In this document: in pieces, positions 25,224-37,000 of the stretch
How the letters are laid out: each line of letters starts with the position of its first letter
Numbering within the stretch: the first letter of the stretch is position 1
IMG/VR virus record: IMGVR_UViG_3300032038_000011
Span: 64,001 to 128,000 of that record
Reading direction: 5' to 3' (one strand)
Source: a virus
Lineage: Duplodnaviria; Caudoviricetes
DNA length: 64,000 nucleotides
Notes under the pieces: generated by a model
The model's input: only the letters and a program-made list of their open reading frames with translations
Told to the model about the DNA's origin: nothing
Database searches by the model: none
Position numbers and translations under genes: made by a program

Positions 25224-25989
25224 TACTGAGACTTTAAAATTTTTAAAAGGCTCTCCAGTTTTTTTAGAAGATATTTGCGCGGTTTATCCTGTTACAATTG
25301 GAGAAATTGTTGACGAGGGTTATGATAATTTTCAAAAATATTTAGGAATATTAATTTCAGAAAAGCCTATTGTTAATTCTAAAGATGATCCTGAATTAAA
25401 AGAAATGTTAGATAATTTAACAGATTTTCAGTATCTATTACTAATGGCTTCTATAGATTTTGAAGTTAATGATACCTTAAAGAAAGCTTTTAATTTTTTT
25501 ATTAAAGAAGAAGTTGATTTTTCTTTTGACCCCGCACAAATTATTATAGGGCCAGTTGAAGAAAACCACTTATTAACAGAGGAAAAGTTTTATGATTTAC
25601 AAAGACTTTTACGTCGAATGTATTTTATAGAACAAGAGGGCGATGAAATTATTATTTATCCAGATGACCCTCCCGCAACCAAAAGGATTAAAATGCAAAT
25701 GCGAGCTAATCGAGAAAAAGTTCGAAAAGCTAAAGCTAAAAAGGCTGAACGAGAAAAATCTGATTTAAAATTTTCAGATTTATTAGGAAGTATTACAATT
25801 AATGATTGCGGCTTAAACATGGATAATATATGGAATATTACATATTATGCTTTTCACGACCAGTTAAAAAGAATGGGTTGGCGTGATCAGTTTAATATAA
25901 ACAATCGCGCCGCATTAGCTGGTGCAAAATTAAAAAAATCACAACTCAAGCATTGGATGCGTTCCATTGCGAGTTCTGATAAATCATGA
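25210..25989 (+). CDS. Hypothetical tail-assembly protein (259 aa)
   Basis: IWNITYYAFHDQ motif reminiscent of tail chaperone C-termini; precedes the tail tube gene. Confidence 0.5.
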   Translation: MNLTDTETLKFLKGSPVFLEDICAVYPVTIGEIVDEGYDNFQKYLGILISEKPIVNSKDDPELKEMLDNLTDFQYLLLMASIDFEVNDTLKKAFNFFIKEEVDFSFDPAQIIIGPVEENHLLTEEKFYDLQRLLRRMYFIEQEGDEIIIYPDDPPATKRIKMQMRANREKVRKAKAKKAEREKSDLKFSDLLGSITINDCGLNMDNIWNITYYAFHDQLKRMGWRDQFNINNRAALAGAKLKKSQLKHWMRSIASSDKS

Positions 25990-26006
25990 TTTAGGAGGTA
26001 ACTCAC

Positions 26007-27056
26007 ATGGCTGTTAATATTTTTGAAAAATACGGTATTAAGGAAGTTGCCAATGTTTATTTTGAAGCTCTAGAAGACGATCCTAAGTCTAACGTTTATA
26101 AGGGCGACATTGTTCTATTCCTAGATACCCTAAAGGTTTCTACTATTGAAACAACTGCTGAGACCACTGATGCTACTGGTGGTTGGGGCAATCCAAAGCT
26201 AATTTCTTGGGACTATGGTAAGGAAATTACCATTACTCTAGAAGATGCTCTAATTTCTCTAGAGTCTCTACGTTTCATGCTTGGTGGTGCTATTCATCGC
26301 TCTGGTGTAAATGAAGAGTCTGTAATTGTACGTTATAATGAGGAAATTGAAGTTAAGGAAGATGGCAAGATTTCTATTCCTATTGACCATATTACAGGTA
26401 AGAAGTTTGCTCGTCCTATTGTTGGTACATCTGATCATCCAATTCGTCTAATTAATTTAGGCGGTGGTAAGGATAGTGCAACTGCAGGCACTCGAACACA
26501 AATTACTAATGGAACTTTAGAAGATAATACTTCTATTACTTTCTATAATAAAGCTATGGGCGTTGGTAGTATTTCTGGCACTGGGGATGACGCTCAAAAA
26601 ATTGGTGTTGCTCCTAAAAAGGGTGATCGTATTCGTATTTTCTGGGAAGAGGAAGTAAAAGAAGCAAAAGATAAGGATTATGCTGTTGAAGTAACTATTT
26701 CTCCTGATACTTTCCCAGGTACTTATCGTGTTGTTGGCGATACTTTCATGCGTTCTCAGGCTACTGGTAAGGACGAAGCATTCCAGTTTGTAATTGGTAA
26801 GGCTAAGGTTCAGTCTAATGTAACCATTACTCTAGAAGCTGAAGGCGATCCTTCTACTTTCGAAATGACTCTAACTGTTCTACGTAGTGATGGAGATAAT
26901 GGTCAAGAAATGATGAAGCTAATCCGTTATGGTACTGCTGCTGCTGATGCTGCTAATGGTGGCGATGACATTGGTTCTCTAACTGCTCCTACAGGCGGCC
27001 AGGGCGACAATCAAGGCGGCCAGGGCGACAATCAAGGTGGCCAAACCGGTAATTAA
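26007..27056 (+). CDS. Major tail tube protein
   Basis: AGGAGGT RBS, strong codon bias, GGWGNPKLISWD and AEGDPSTF motifs, followed by a terminator. Confidence 0.8.
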   Translation: MAVNIFEKYGIKEVANVYFEALEDDPKSNVYKGDIVLFLDTLKVSTIETTAETTDATGGWGNPKLISWDYGKEITITLEDALISLESLRFMLGGAIHRSGVNEESVIVRYNEEIEVKEDGKISIPIDHITGKKFARPIVGTSDHPIRLINLGGGKDSATAGTRTQITNGTLEDNTSITFYNKAMGVGSISGTGDDAQKIGVAPKKGDRIRIFWEEEVKEAKDKDYAVEVTISPDTFPGTYRVVGDTFMRSQATGKDEAFQFVIGKAKVQSNVTITLEAEGDPSTFEMTLTVLRSDGDNGQEMMKLIRYGTAAADAANGGDDIGSLTAPTGGQGDNQGGQGDNQGGQTGN

Positions 27057-27075
27057 TAATTGAATATAAAAATAT

Positions 27076-27110
27076 AAAACTAGGGGCATTAGCCCCTAGT
27101 TTTTATTTTT
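27076..27110 (+). terminator. Intrinsic terminator after tail tube gene
   Basis: aaaactaggggc-atta-gcccctagtttt. Confidence 0.85.
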
Positions 27111-27112
27111 AG

Positions 27113-28003
27113 GTGGTGAATCAGATGCTTGATCAGTATTTTGGCATTAAAGAACTTTCAGAAGTTGTTTTAAAAGCCCACGACCCTATGCAATTTGGTT
27201 CAAGATACCTTGAAGCGGGAGAGCCCGTATTATATTTTGAAAAAGTAAATATGGCTGTACTAAATGAACGACAATCTACAATTATGGCACGAGGAGGTTG
27301 GTCCAATATGCCTCGTGTTATCTGGGAGGATCGTTCAGAAGTACAATTCTCCCTTACTGAAGGTGTTATGTCTTCAATTAGTATGGGAATTTTATTAAGT
27401 GCTTCTGTTTCAGAAGCTAAGCAAAACAAAGAATCTCTTTTAGTACCTAAAAGAGAAGGTCCATTTGAATTAGAAGATGGATGTATTTATATAACACATC
27501 AACCTGTGTTATATCCTGAGAAAAAAGTTTTTATTTATCAATACGAGCGAGGAGTCGCTCAGAAAAAAGTTTTTGGGCAATTAGATCCAGAAAATAATAA
27601 ATATAATCCTTTTTTAGACGAAACTGAAATATGTATTAAAGTGTTTGAAGATAAAGAAAGGAAAAAAGAAGCGGACGCCACAAAAGAATATATTGTGGAT
27701 TATTATTATGAGTATAATGATGAAGCATTGCTTTATACAATACAAAAAGAAAGATTTAATGGATTGTTCACTCTTGAGGGTAAGTTTTACTCCAAGGATG
27801 AAAACGATGGCTTAAATTATACAAATTTGATTTATATGCCAAAAGTAAGAGTCGTGAGTGATATAAACTTACGCTTGGGAGAAAGGGCTGATCCAACTAC
27901 GTCCGTATTTAATATTATTGGATTACCAGAAAACGTAGGCGGTAATAGAAAGGGTATGATTTTGGAGATTACGCGTTTAAGCGAAGATATAGACGCTGAA
28001 TGA
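27113..28003 (+). CDS. Tail-tube paralogue (minor tail protein)
   Basis: FGIKE..V, PVLYF, ARGGW..P..IWE and ADP..F align with 26007-27056. Confidence 0.7.
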   Translation: MVNQMLDQYFGIKELSEVVLKAHDPMQFGSRYLEAGEPVLYFEKVNMAVLNERQSTIMARGGWSNMPRVIWEDRSEVQFSLTEGVMSSISMGILLSASVSEAKQNKESLLVPKREGPFELEDGCIYITHQPVLYPEKKVFIYQYERGVAQKKVFGQLDPENNKYNPFLDETEICIKVFEDKERKKEADATKEYIVDYYYEYNDEALLYTIQKERFNGLFTLEGKFYSKDENDGLNYTNLIYMPKVRVVSDINLRLGERADPTTSVFNIIGLPENVGGNRKGMILEITRLSEDIDAE

Positions 28004-28038
28004 GCCACTTCCTAAGTGTAGGGAAGTGGCTCTTTTTT
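28003..28038 (+). terminator. Intrinsic terminator immediately upstream of the tape measure gene
   Basis: gagccacttccta-agtg-tagggaagtggctc followed by tttttt. Confidence 0.85.
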
Positions 28039-28065
28039 ATTTGGTGCAAAAGGAGAGTGAAAAGT

Positions 28066-31000
28066 ATGTCTAATGAAATAGGCAGTTTTGTAGTTAGTAT
28101 AAAAGCTCAAATAGAAGGTTATCAAGAGCAAATTAACGCTATAAAAGCAAAATTAGTTGAAATTGGCAAAGATACGGATATTGGAAAAGAAATAGCGAAA
28201 TCTTTAAAATTAGCTGAGTCACAAGTAGAACGCCTTGGGAAAACCATGGATAAACGTATTTCTTCAGAATCTCAAATTACGGCATTAACGGATAATTTAC
28301 AAAATATTAGTCGTTTAATAATGGATATTGGAGATTCTTTTGGGAAAGTTACTTGGAATGATTTAAATGTTGATGGTTTAAGAGATAAAATTCAAAGTGC
28401 TAAGTCTGAAATTGATAATTTAACAAACTCAATGCAAGAAAATGTTTCTAAAGGTTTTGCAGAAGCCTTAGCTTCATCTGCAGAAATGAGAGATGTTTTT
28501 AAGTCTTTAAAAATTGACCCGGCTCAAATGGGCGTAGAAGAAGTTACTGAAAAATTAAGACTTAGTTTAATTCAAGCAACTTCAATTTTAGAAAATTATA
28601 AAGCTGAATTAGATAAAATTATTCCAAAAGCAGAAGAAGCTACTCAAAAAATGAACGCTATTGAGATAGATAAAACTAAAGCAGAGCAAGCAAAAGCTAG
28701 TATTAATGACATTTTTAAAAATTTGCAAGTTGTTTCTAAAGTAGACACTAATTCTGCAGTTGGTGAACTTTATACAGAAATTGTAGGAAAATGTGATGAG
28801 TTATATTATGATTTAGATCAAAAAGGAAAAGGAATAGTAGATAAAATTAAAGAGCTTAATTTTAAAATGTTAAATGAAACAGATCCAACAAAATTTAAAG
28901 AATATTTAACTCAAATAGATGAAAGTTTTAAACAGTTAAATGGTAAAGGTTTAACTGCGAACGTTGATGGTTTTGGCACTCGCTTAGAAAGTATTTTTAA
29001 ATCTATTATGTCAGTAGATAGTCATAAATTTGTTGAAGGTATCGAGCAAGTTAGAACTGCCTTAGAAGGATTATTTGCTGATAATAAAAATTTTAATTTA
29101 TCTCCAGAAGACGCAAAAAGTTTTATTGAAAAAGTTTTAAATATTGAAGCAACAAAAGAATCAATAAAAGCTAAAAGAGAAGAGGTCTCAGCACTTATAA
29201 AAAGTTATTTAACTGGAGTTTCTCAAGATTATAAAGAAGCTTCTAAAGTGGCAACTGGGTTAAATAATTCAAAAAATACTGCTCAGAAAAAATATGATGA
29301 AGCGCAAGCAAAAAGTGAAGCAATTAAAACTGCTGAAACAAAATATTTAGCTGAAATAAAAGCATTAGAAAATAAAAATGCTGAATTAAAAGCTCAATTA
29401 GATAATGCAGTAAAAAGATTAGAAGCTTTAGAAAAAGAATCTGAGTCTCGTAAAAATGGAAAATCTCCAATGGGAGATTTTGGTAGAAAACAAAAGCAAA
29501 CTGCCGCTCAGTCTTTAAACGATGCTGCAAATGCTGCTGGAAAATATAGTGCTCAATTAGAACAAGTAAAAGCGCGCGAACAAGCTATTGGTAATATACA
29601 ATCTTTTGTTCAAAGATGGTTTAGTGTTTATGCTGCGGCACGTTTAGTATCTAATGCGTTTAAATCCATGAAAACAAATTTACAAGATTTAGACGATATT
29701 ATGACTCAAATTTCTATAGTTACTGATAAAACACAAGGTGATTTATGGAAACAAATGCCACAGTATTCTGATATGGCAAAGCAATATGCTTCTTCTATTA
29801 AAGGCGTTTATGAAGTTTCTCAGCTATACTATCAGCAAGGTTTAGGTCAAAATGATGTTATGGCTCTTACTGAGCAAACATTAAAAATGGCTAAGATTTC
29901 TGGTTTAGAATATGCAACAGCAACTGACTATATGACGAATGCTGTTCGTTCTTTCAAAATGGAAATGTCTGATGCGCAGACTGTTGTTGATGTATATTCT
30001 GCTATTGCCGCGAGTTCTGCAACTAATACTGCGGAATTAGCTACCGCAATGAGTAAAACTGCTTCATCTGCGCAAGCTGTTGGTTCTAGTTTCGAGAATA
30101 CTTCTGCAATGATGGCAGTTATGATTGAAGCTACTCGTGAATCTGCAGAAAATATTGGTTCTGCTATGAAATCTATCATTTCTCGTTATGGTGAAATGAC
30201 AAAGAGTCCTTCTAAGTTAATTGACAGCGAAGGTGAAGCAATGAGCCTTAATAAGGTTGATACTGCTTTACAATCTGTTGGAATTTCTATTCACGATGCG
30301 CAAGGTCAATTTAGAGATTTTGATGATGTTATTACTGAATTATCAGGTAGTTGGGATAAAATTGATAAAAATACTCAACGTTACATTGCTACTGTAATGG
30401 CTGGTAATAGACAACAGTCTCGTTTCTTAGCCTTGGTTTCTAATGGAGAACGTTTAGAAGAATTAACTGAAAAAGCTGCGAATGCAGAAGATACAGCTAC
30501 TTTACAAGTATTAAAAACTATGGACTCTATTTCTGCAAAAGTACAACAATTGCAGACTAGTTTACAAGGTTTATATACAGAGAGTGGATTTGAAGATTTA
30601 TATAAAGGTATATTAGATGGGTTAACTAGAATTATAGATACTTTTAATAATATGCCTAAAATGTTTAATTCTATTCCAGTTACTGCTATAGCAACTTTTG
30701 CTCAATTATTTGTTAATATTGGTAGTTTAATTGGCTCTGCTGTTTCTGCTTGGAAAGCTAAGTGGTCTACTACTAGGACTGATTTAGAAAATGCTATTTC
30801 AAGTGGCACAGCGAATGGAGTTCAAGCAGCTCAGTTAAATGCTAATAGTTTAGTTAGAATGTTTGAGAGTGCTGCAAATAGAATTAAAAATGTATTAACT
30901 GGAGCAATTGCGCAAGGAACTTCTCCAACCTCTAATGAATTAATTACAACTAATACAAAATATCAGCCAATTGAAGTTAATAAAAAATGGAGTGAAGAAA

Positions 31001-34000
31001 AGCAACAAGCTGCTACTGCTTATAATAATACTTTTAATACTCCTCAAACAGAAGCTATTCGAGAGAAAAATTATCAACAAGCTCTTGATTTAGGGCTAAT
31101 GAAACCTCAATTAACTTTTTGGCAGCAATATGGTACTACGATTAGTAATGCTGCTCGTGCAGCTGGTGCTGGTTTACAAATTTTATCTGCTACAATGGAT
31201 AAAACTACTAGAAGTGGAGAAAAAAGTGCAGCAGCAGTTAATTTATTAGGTGGTGCTTTAACTACTGCTGGATATATAGGTATGGGCCCAATGGGCTGGG
31301 CTGGCGCGGCTGTTACTGCTATTACTACTTTAATTAATGTAACAGACGCTTTTATTGAGACTTCTCAAGAAAAAGTAAAACGACTACAAGAAGCAGCTAC
31401 AAAATCAAATAATGAATTTTTACAAAAGAAAACAGATTATAAAGAATTAGATGAACAAATTAAAAAAGTAGATGAATTAAAGAAAGCTCGTTTTGATAGT
31501 GCTGAAGCTAATAAAGAATATTTAGACGCCAGTAATGCTTTAGCTTCTTTAGCTCCTGATTTAATTTCTTATATTGATAGCGAAGGCAACGCAGTATTAG
31601 ATTTAAGTAAATCATATGAAGTTTTGTCTGAAGCTCGTAGACAAGCTGCTGAAAGTGGAAAAGAAGCCGGGCAAAATAGTGTTGATTTAGCTCTTGCTCA
31701 AGAAGAAGAAGCAAATGAGAATTATAATAAAGTTATAAGTCAAATTGCTAGTGAAATAACAAATATTGATTTTGAAAGTGCTATGCCTTTCGCAAGACGA
31801 AATGTAATTAATAATGCTAATATTTCTGAAAATAATAAAGGTTTTTATCAAGATTTCTTTAAAAACTTTTTTGAAAGTAGTCAAGGTATAGGCGTTTTAA
31901 ATGGAACAAGTGATATTGGTCAAGCAGTTGATGATTATCTTTTAAGTCTTGAAACTGATATTGAAATTAGCTCTGAGCAATATCATGAAATTATAGAATT
32001 AATGACAGAAATGGGAGCACAAGGATTATCTACTGTAAAAGAAGCTTTTAATTTTGATGATATAGATCTATCTGATTTTGAAGAAGAAAAAGAAGAAGTT
32101 AGTCAAGGTGCTGTTAATAAAGTTAAAGATTGGATTGCAGATTTATCACGCGGTACAGAACAAGTGTCTTTTGATAGATTATTAAGTGATAATATTGGTG
32201 GAATTAATTGGGATGAATTAAATCAAGCAACACAAGAAAGTATTTTAAATTTCTTGGATGAAAATTCTAAACTTTATGCTGATAGGATTAGAAAAATATA
32301 TTCTGTTAAAAAATCAGAACCTGAAAAAGAAATTGAAGTTCCAAAAAATTATGAGCAATACTATAATGCTTTTGAAGAAATAATGCAAAATATATCAGGT
32401 ATAGAAAATGCAGAAAGTGAAACAGAAAAAACAGAGAAAGCTCAAGAATTAATTTCTTCAATAATTGAAAACGAAGAAATTGTTAAAGAGCTTTTAAATG
32501 ATCAAAATGATGAATTTTGGAATTTTATAAAAGAAAATTTTTCTATGAGCGAAGAAGAAATAGCTCAAATAAAAGATAATTTAACAAAATATCTTGATTT
32601 AACTAATAAAGGTTTACCTGCTCGTCAAAAGAAAATTGCTGCTGAACTAAATACAAGAAATACAGAATTAAAAAATCTTCAACAATCAATTTGGTTAGAA
32701 GGAGAAGCATTAGAAAATTCAAATAAACAAGAAGATATTAGTAAACAAGAAATGCTTAAAAATTTGCCAAATGCTAATGATTTAATTACTCAATACATAA
32801 CTTATATGTATGATAATTTTGATGGCGCTAGTGGAGATTATGCTAAAGAAGATTTTACTGGAGATTATCAAAAAATTACAGAGGCTTTATCTAATTTATA
32901 TTCTAATATGACAAAAAATGAAATACAACAATTTTCTCAATTAATTGAAAATAAAGGAAAATATTCTGAAAAAGAATTAAATGATAAAATTGCTAATTTA
33001 ATTGGTGAAAATAAATTAGACCCTGAAATTTCTAAAGCTATTTCTAAATATTATGAAAAAGTATTAAATCAAGAAAAAGTTGGACAACTTTTAGAAGAAC
33101 GCGCGAATAAAATTAATATTGATAATTTAATGGTTAATACTAAAAATTTATTAACTGGAACAACAGATTTGCTCGGCGCGGATGAATGGCAAAAATTTGT
33201 AGAAGTTTATGATAACATTGCTTCTTTACAAAAAGATGGTTCTATTTCTATGAAAGAAGCTTCTACTGCTTTAGAGCAATATGCAACTATTTTAACAACA
33301 ATTAGTAAGGCAGTTCCTGCTGATAAAATAGATGAAGTTTCAAGCATTATTGAAAATTGGGATGATTTTTCTTTTGTTGGTTTAGATGAATTACGTAAAA
33401 AATTAAAAGATGTTGGCTTAAATGATAATTTAACAAATCAATTAATTCAACAAGCAACAGATTTTTCTAAATTAATACCAGAAAATTTAATCGTTGATTT
33501 TGACAGTTTAAGTCAAAAAATGATTACTGAATCAGAGAATTTTTCTAAGGCGCTAAGTAAAGCTTCAAAAGGAATGGATATAAAAGATGCTACTGAAATG
33601 GCATCTAAATTAGATGTTTCTGTTACCGATTTTACATTTAAAAATGGTAAATATTTTATTGAAAATGCGGAAGCTATCCAGCAAGCCTATACTGGTATTA
33701 GTGATCAGTTAATGGAAGATTTAAATACAGAATATGATTCTGAATTACAATCTTTAGGACAAGAAGCTTACAAAGCTGGTATTTCAGGAGATAAAGAAAA
33801 AGTAAAAAAGATTAACAAACAAATTGCTGAATTAAAAAATAAAAAAGCAGAATTAGACACTATAATCGAGCAGTGGGGCAAATATCAAACTGCTGAAATA
33901 TTACTTCAAATGGGTCAAATTGACACATTTTTAGATCTTTTAAAAATTGAAGATACTGATCGTAGAGCTAGTATTGAAGAGGCTATTAAATCTGGAAATA

Positions 34001-37000
34001 TTGATGAAATTAATAAATTTGAAGAATTATCTCCTTTTACAGAAAGTATTGTAAAAACTTATGGAGAAATTGTTTCTGGATTGACTAGTCAATTAGCAGA
34101 TAGTGTTAAAAAAGGAAGTATTTTAGTTCAAAAGAATGGAACGAATGATTCTTATTTAGAATCTTTAGTCGCGGCAGGATTAGCTGATTATAATGAGGCT
34201 AAAGATGGAATTATTATTAATACTACTGATAAAACTTTCAATGATGTAATAAGTTGGCTTAAACAATATAATCCTAATCCTAATATGTCTAATGCAGAAT
34301 ATGCTGAAGCATACGAAACATTATTTAACGCATTTAATAAAGATTTAGTAAATAAATTTACCAATTTAATAACTGATAGTTCTGTTTCTATGAAAGATGC
34401 TTTGTCTTATACTTTAGCTTCAGGTGGAGCAGCCGATGATGTTTATTCAGTAATGTCTGAATTAGGCTTTACTTTTGATGAAGTAACACAAAGTTTCGTA
34501 AATAGTACTAAAGATTATGAAGGCCTTAAAAATAAATTAGAAGAAATAATTAAAGATAGTGATAATTTACAAGAAGTTAATGAAGCAAAAGCTAAATTGG
34601 CTAAATTAGAAAATGAACCAGTTCGTAATTTATCAAGTTCTGTAACAGATTTAGTACAACATCGAAATGATCTTACTGAGGATATGATTAAAAATTTTGC
34701 CAAGGCTATTGGAGAAGATTTTGATGCTCTTATTGACGGGCATTACTTTAGTAGTAATGGTAAAGGTGGCTATAGATTAGATCGAAGTGGTACTTTAAAT
34801 TTACTTATTGCTAAATATGGAGAAGCTAGCGAAGTTGTTAATAATTTTAAAAATAGTTTATTTGATAGTGCAATTGCTGATTTAGAAAAAATTGGGAATA
34901 TTCAATTTAAAGGAACTACTAATTTTTCTGATATGCAAACTGCTGTAGATAATATTAATAGTAGTTTAGATTCTAATTTATCTGTAGATGAAATTTTTGA
35001 ATACAATGACAAATTACAAGCTTGGGTATATAGTCAAGAAGGTATTAAGAGTACAGTTGAGGCCGCGAAAAAAGAAGCAGAAAAAGCTGAAAAAGATGGC
35101 AAAGATACTCAAAAAATACTAGAGAAAACTATTGGAGAATCTTTCTTAGGTGATATTGATTTATCTTCTTTTATTAGTGGTAATTTAGATAAAACAAGTC
35201 AACAATGGACAAAAATACAAAGTGCAATTAGTGCTTATAATACTGCCATAGAACAAGTTGGCGGAGAAATGATTTCTAGTTCTGAAGAACTTTATACTGT
35301 ATTAAGCAAAGGTGGTAATGAAGCCGTACAAGCAGCTAAATCTATCGCAGAGACGGGTAACCAAGAATTTAGTTCAGAAGATGCTAAAACAGCTTATTTA
35401 TCAGAAATTACTCAATTGAAATCTATTTCGGAAGAAATTAATAATATGACTATTGGTTCTATAATTAGTGGATCAACTAAAGCGATATTAGAAACTATTG
35501 AAGGTTATGATTTTTCTGAACAACCAATTGAAGGAACTAATAGTTATATTCTTACAGCTATGGGCTCAGTTTCAGAAGCTTTATTAGACGTTTATAAAAC
35601 AATGATTGCAGAAGGCAGTGAAGCCACCATTGAAGAAATTAATACTGCTGGTGCACAATATTATACTGCTTTAGACAACGAAAATGGTACAGTTAGTGCT
35701 ATTAATACACTAAAGAATGCAATGAATATGTCTTATGATGATTTAGGGAAAATATTTACATCAAAAGGCATGGATATGGTAGAATTATTAGGAGAAAATT
35801 TTGAAAAAGCTGCAGATTATGGTATTAAACGTAATTTTGATGGTACAGTTCAAATTTTTGATTTTGATTCTTTAGCTTCTAAAATGAATTGGGACCCAGA
35901 TTCTCCTGAATATGTTGAGGCACTTAATCAATATCATGATTCATTAATTACTTATAATAAACGAGTTAGTGATAGTATTAAAGATGAATTTGGAAAATTA
36001 ACTTCTACTAACATTGGTGATGAAATTAATTTAACTTATTTAGTTAAAGCTTTTGGCGAAAATACAGATAAATTAGCTTCTTTACTTGGTGTTGCTCCAG
36101 AAGATTTAACAGATGGAATTGTGACGGCAACAAAAGATACTGCTTCAAAAGCTGTTTCAATTATGGCAAAAATTATTGAAAATCAAGGCTCTATTGAAGG
36201 AATTGATTTAGAAGGATTAAGCTTAGATGAAATTTGGGCTACTTATAGCGAAATTATAAAAAATGCTCAATCTGAAATTAGTTCTGCTCAATCAACTTCA
36301 ATTTTAAGTTCTCAAACGGCAGCTTTATTAGTATCTTATAATAGTGCTTGGTCTGATAAATTGAGTAGTGATGGAACTATAGTTTTAAGTTCTGCAGAAG
36401 AATATATTCAAGCTACATCTGATATTTATCAAATTGTAAAAGAATCTTTTGAAGCTGGAAAATCTGATTTACAAACTTTAAATAATTCTTTTGCCAATTT
36501 AATTAAGGCTAATAATTCACAGGATAGTGCTGTAAATTCAATGCTTTCTTCCGCGGCAAATTTATCTGTAGATACTTTAAATAATTTTGCTACAGGAATG
36601 GGACGTGAATTAGAAGATTTTATAGATGAATCTGGTAAACCTTTATTAGATAGTATAAAACGTGTTGGCATAGATAGTTATCAAGTAACTAACTGGCAAG
36701 ATTATATTGCAGAATTACAAAATAAATTAGGAATTAGTATAGATAATACAACTCAAGATTATATTAATGCTTATATAGCTTGGTTAGATAGTGAAGCTAA
36801 TACCGCTCCTAACCCTAAAGAGGCATTAATGACTTCCTTAATTCCAAATTTAGAAAAGTTATCTTATGCTGAAATTGGTCAAATTGCTAAAACTTTTGAA
36901 ATGACTGTAGAACAAGTTTTAGCTTTAGTTGAAAATAATGGGGATAATACTTTTAATGCGAAAGATTTATTAAATGTCTTACCAATTGATAAAACTAATG

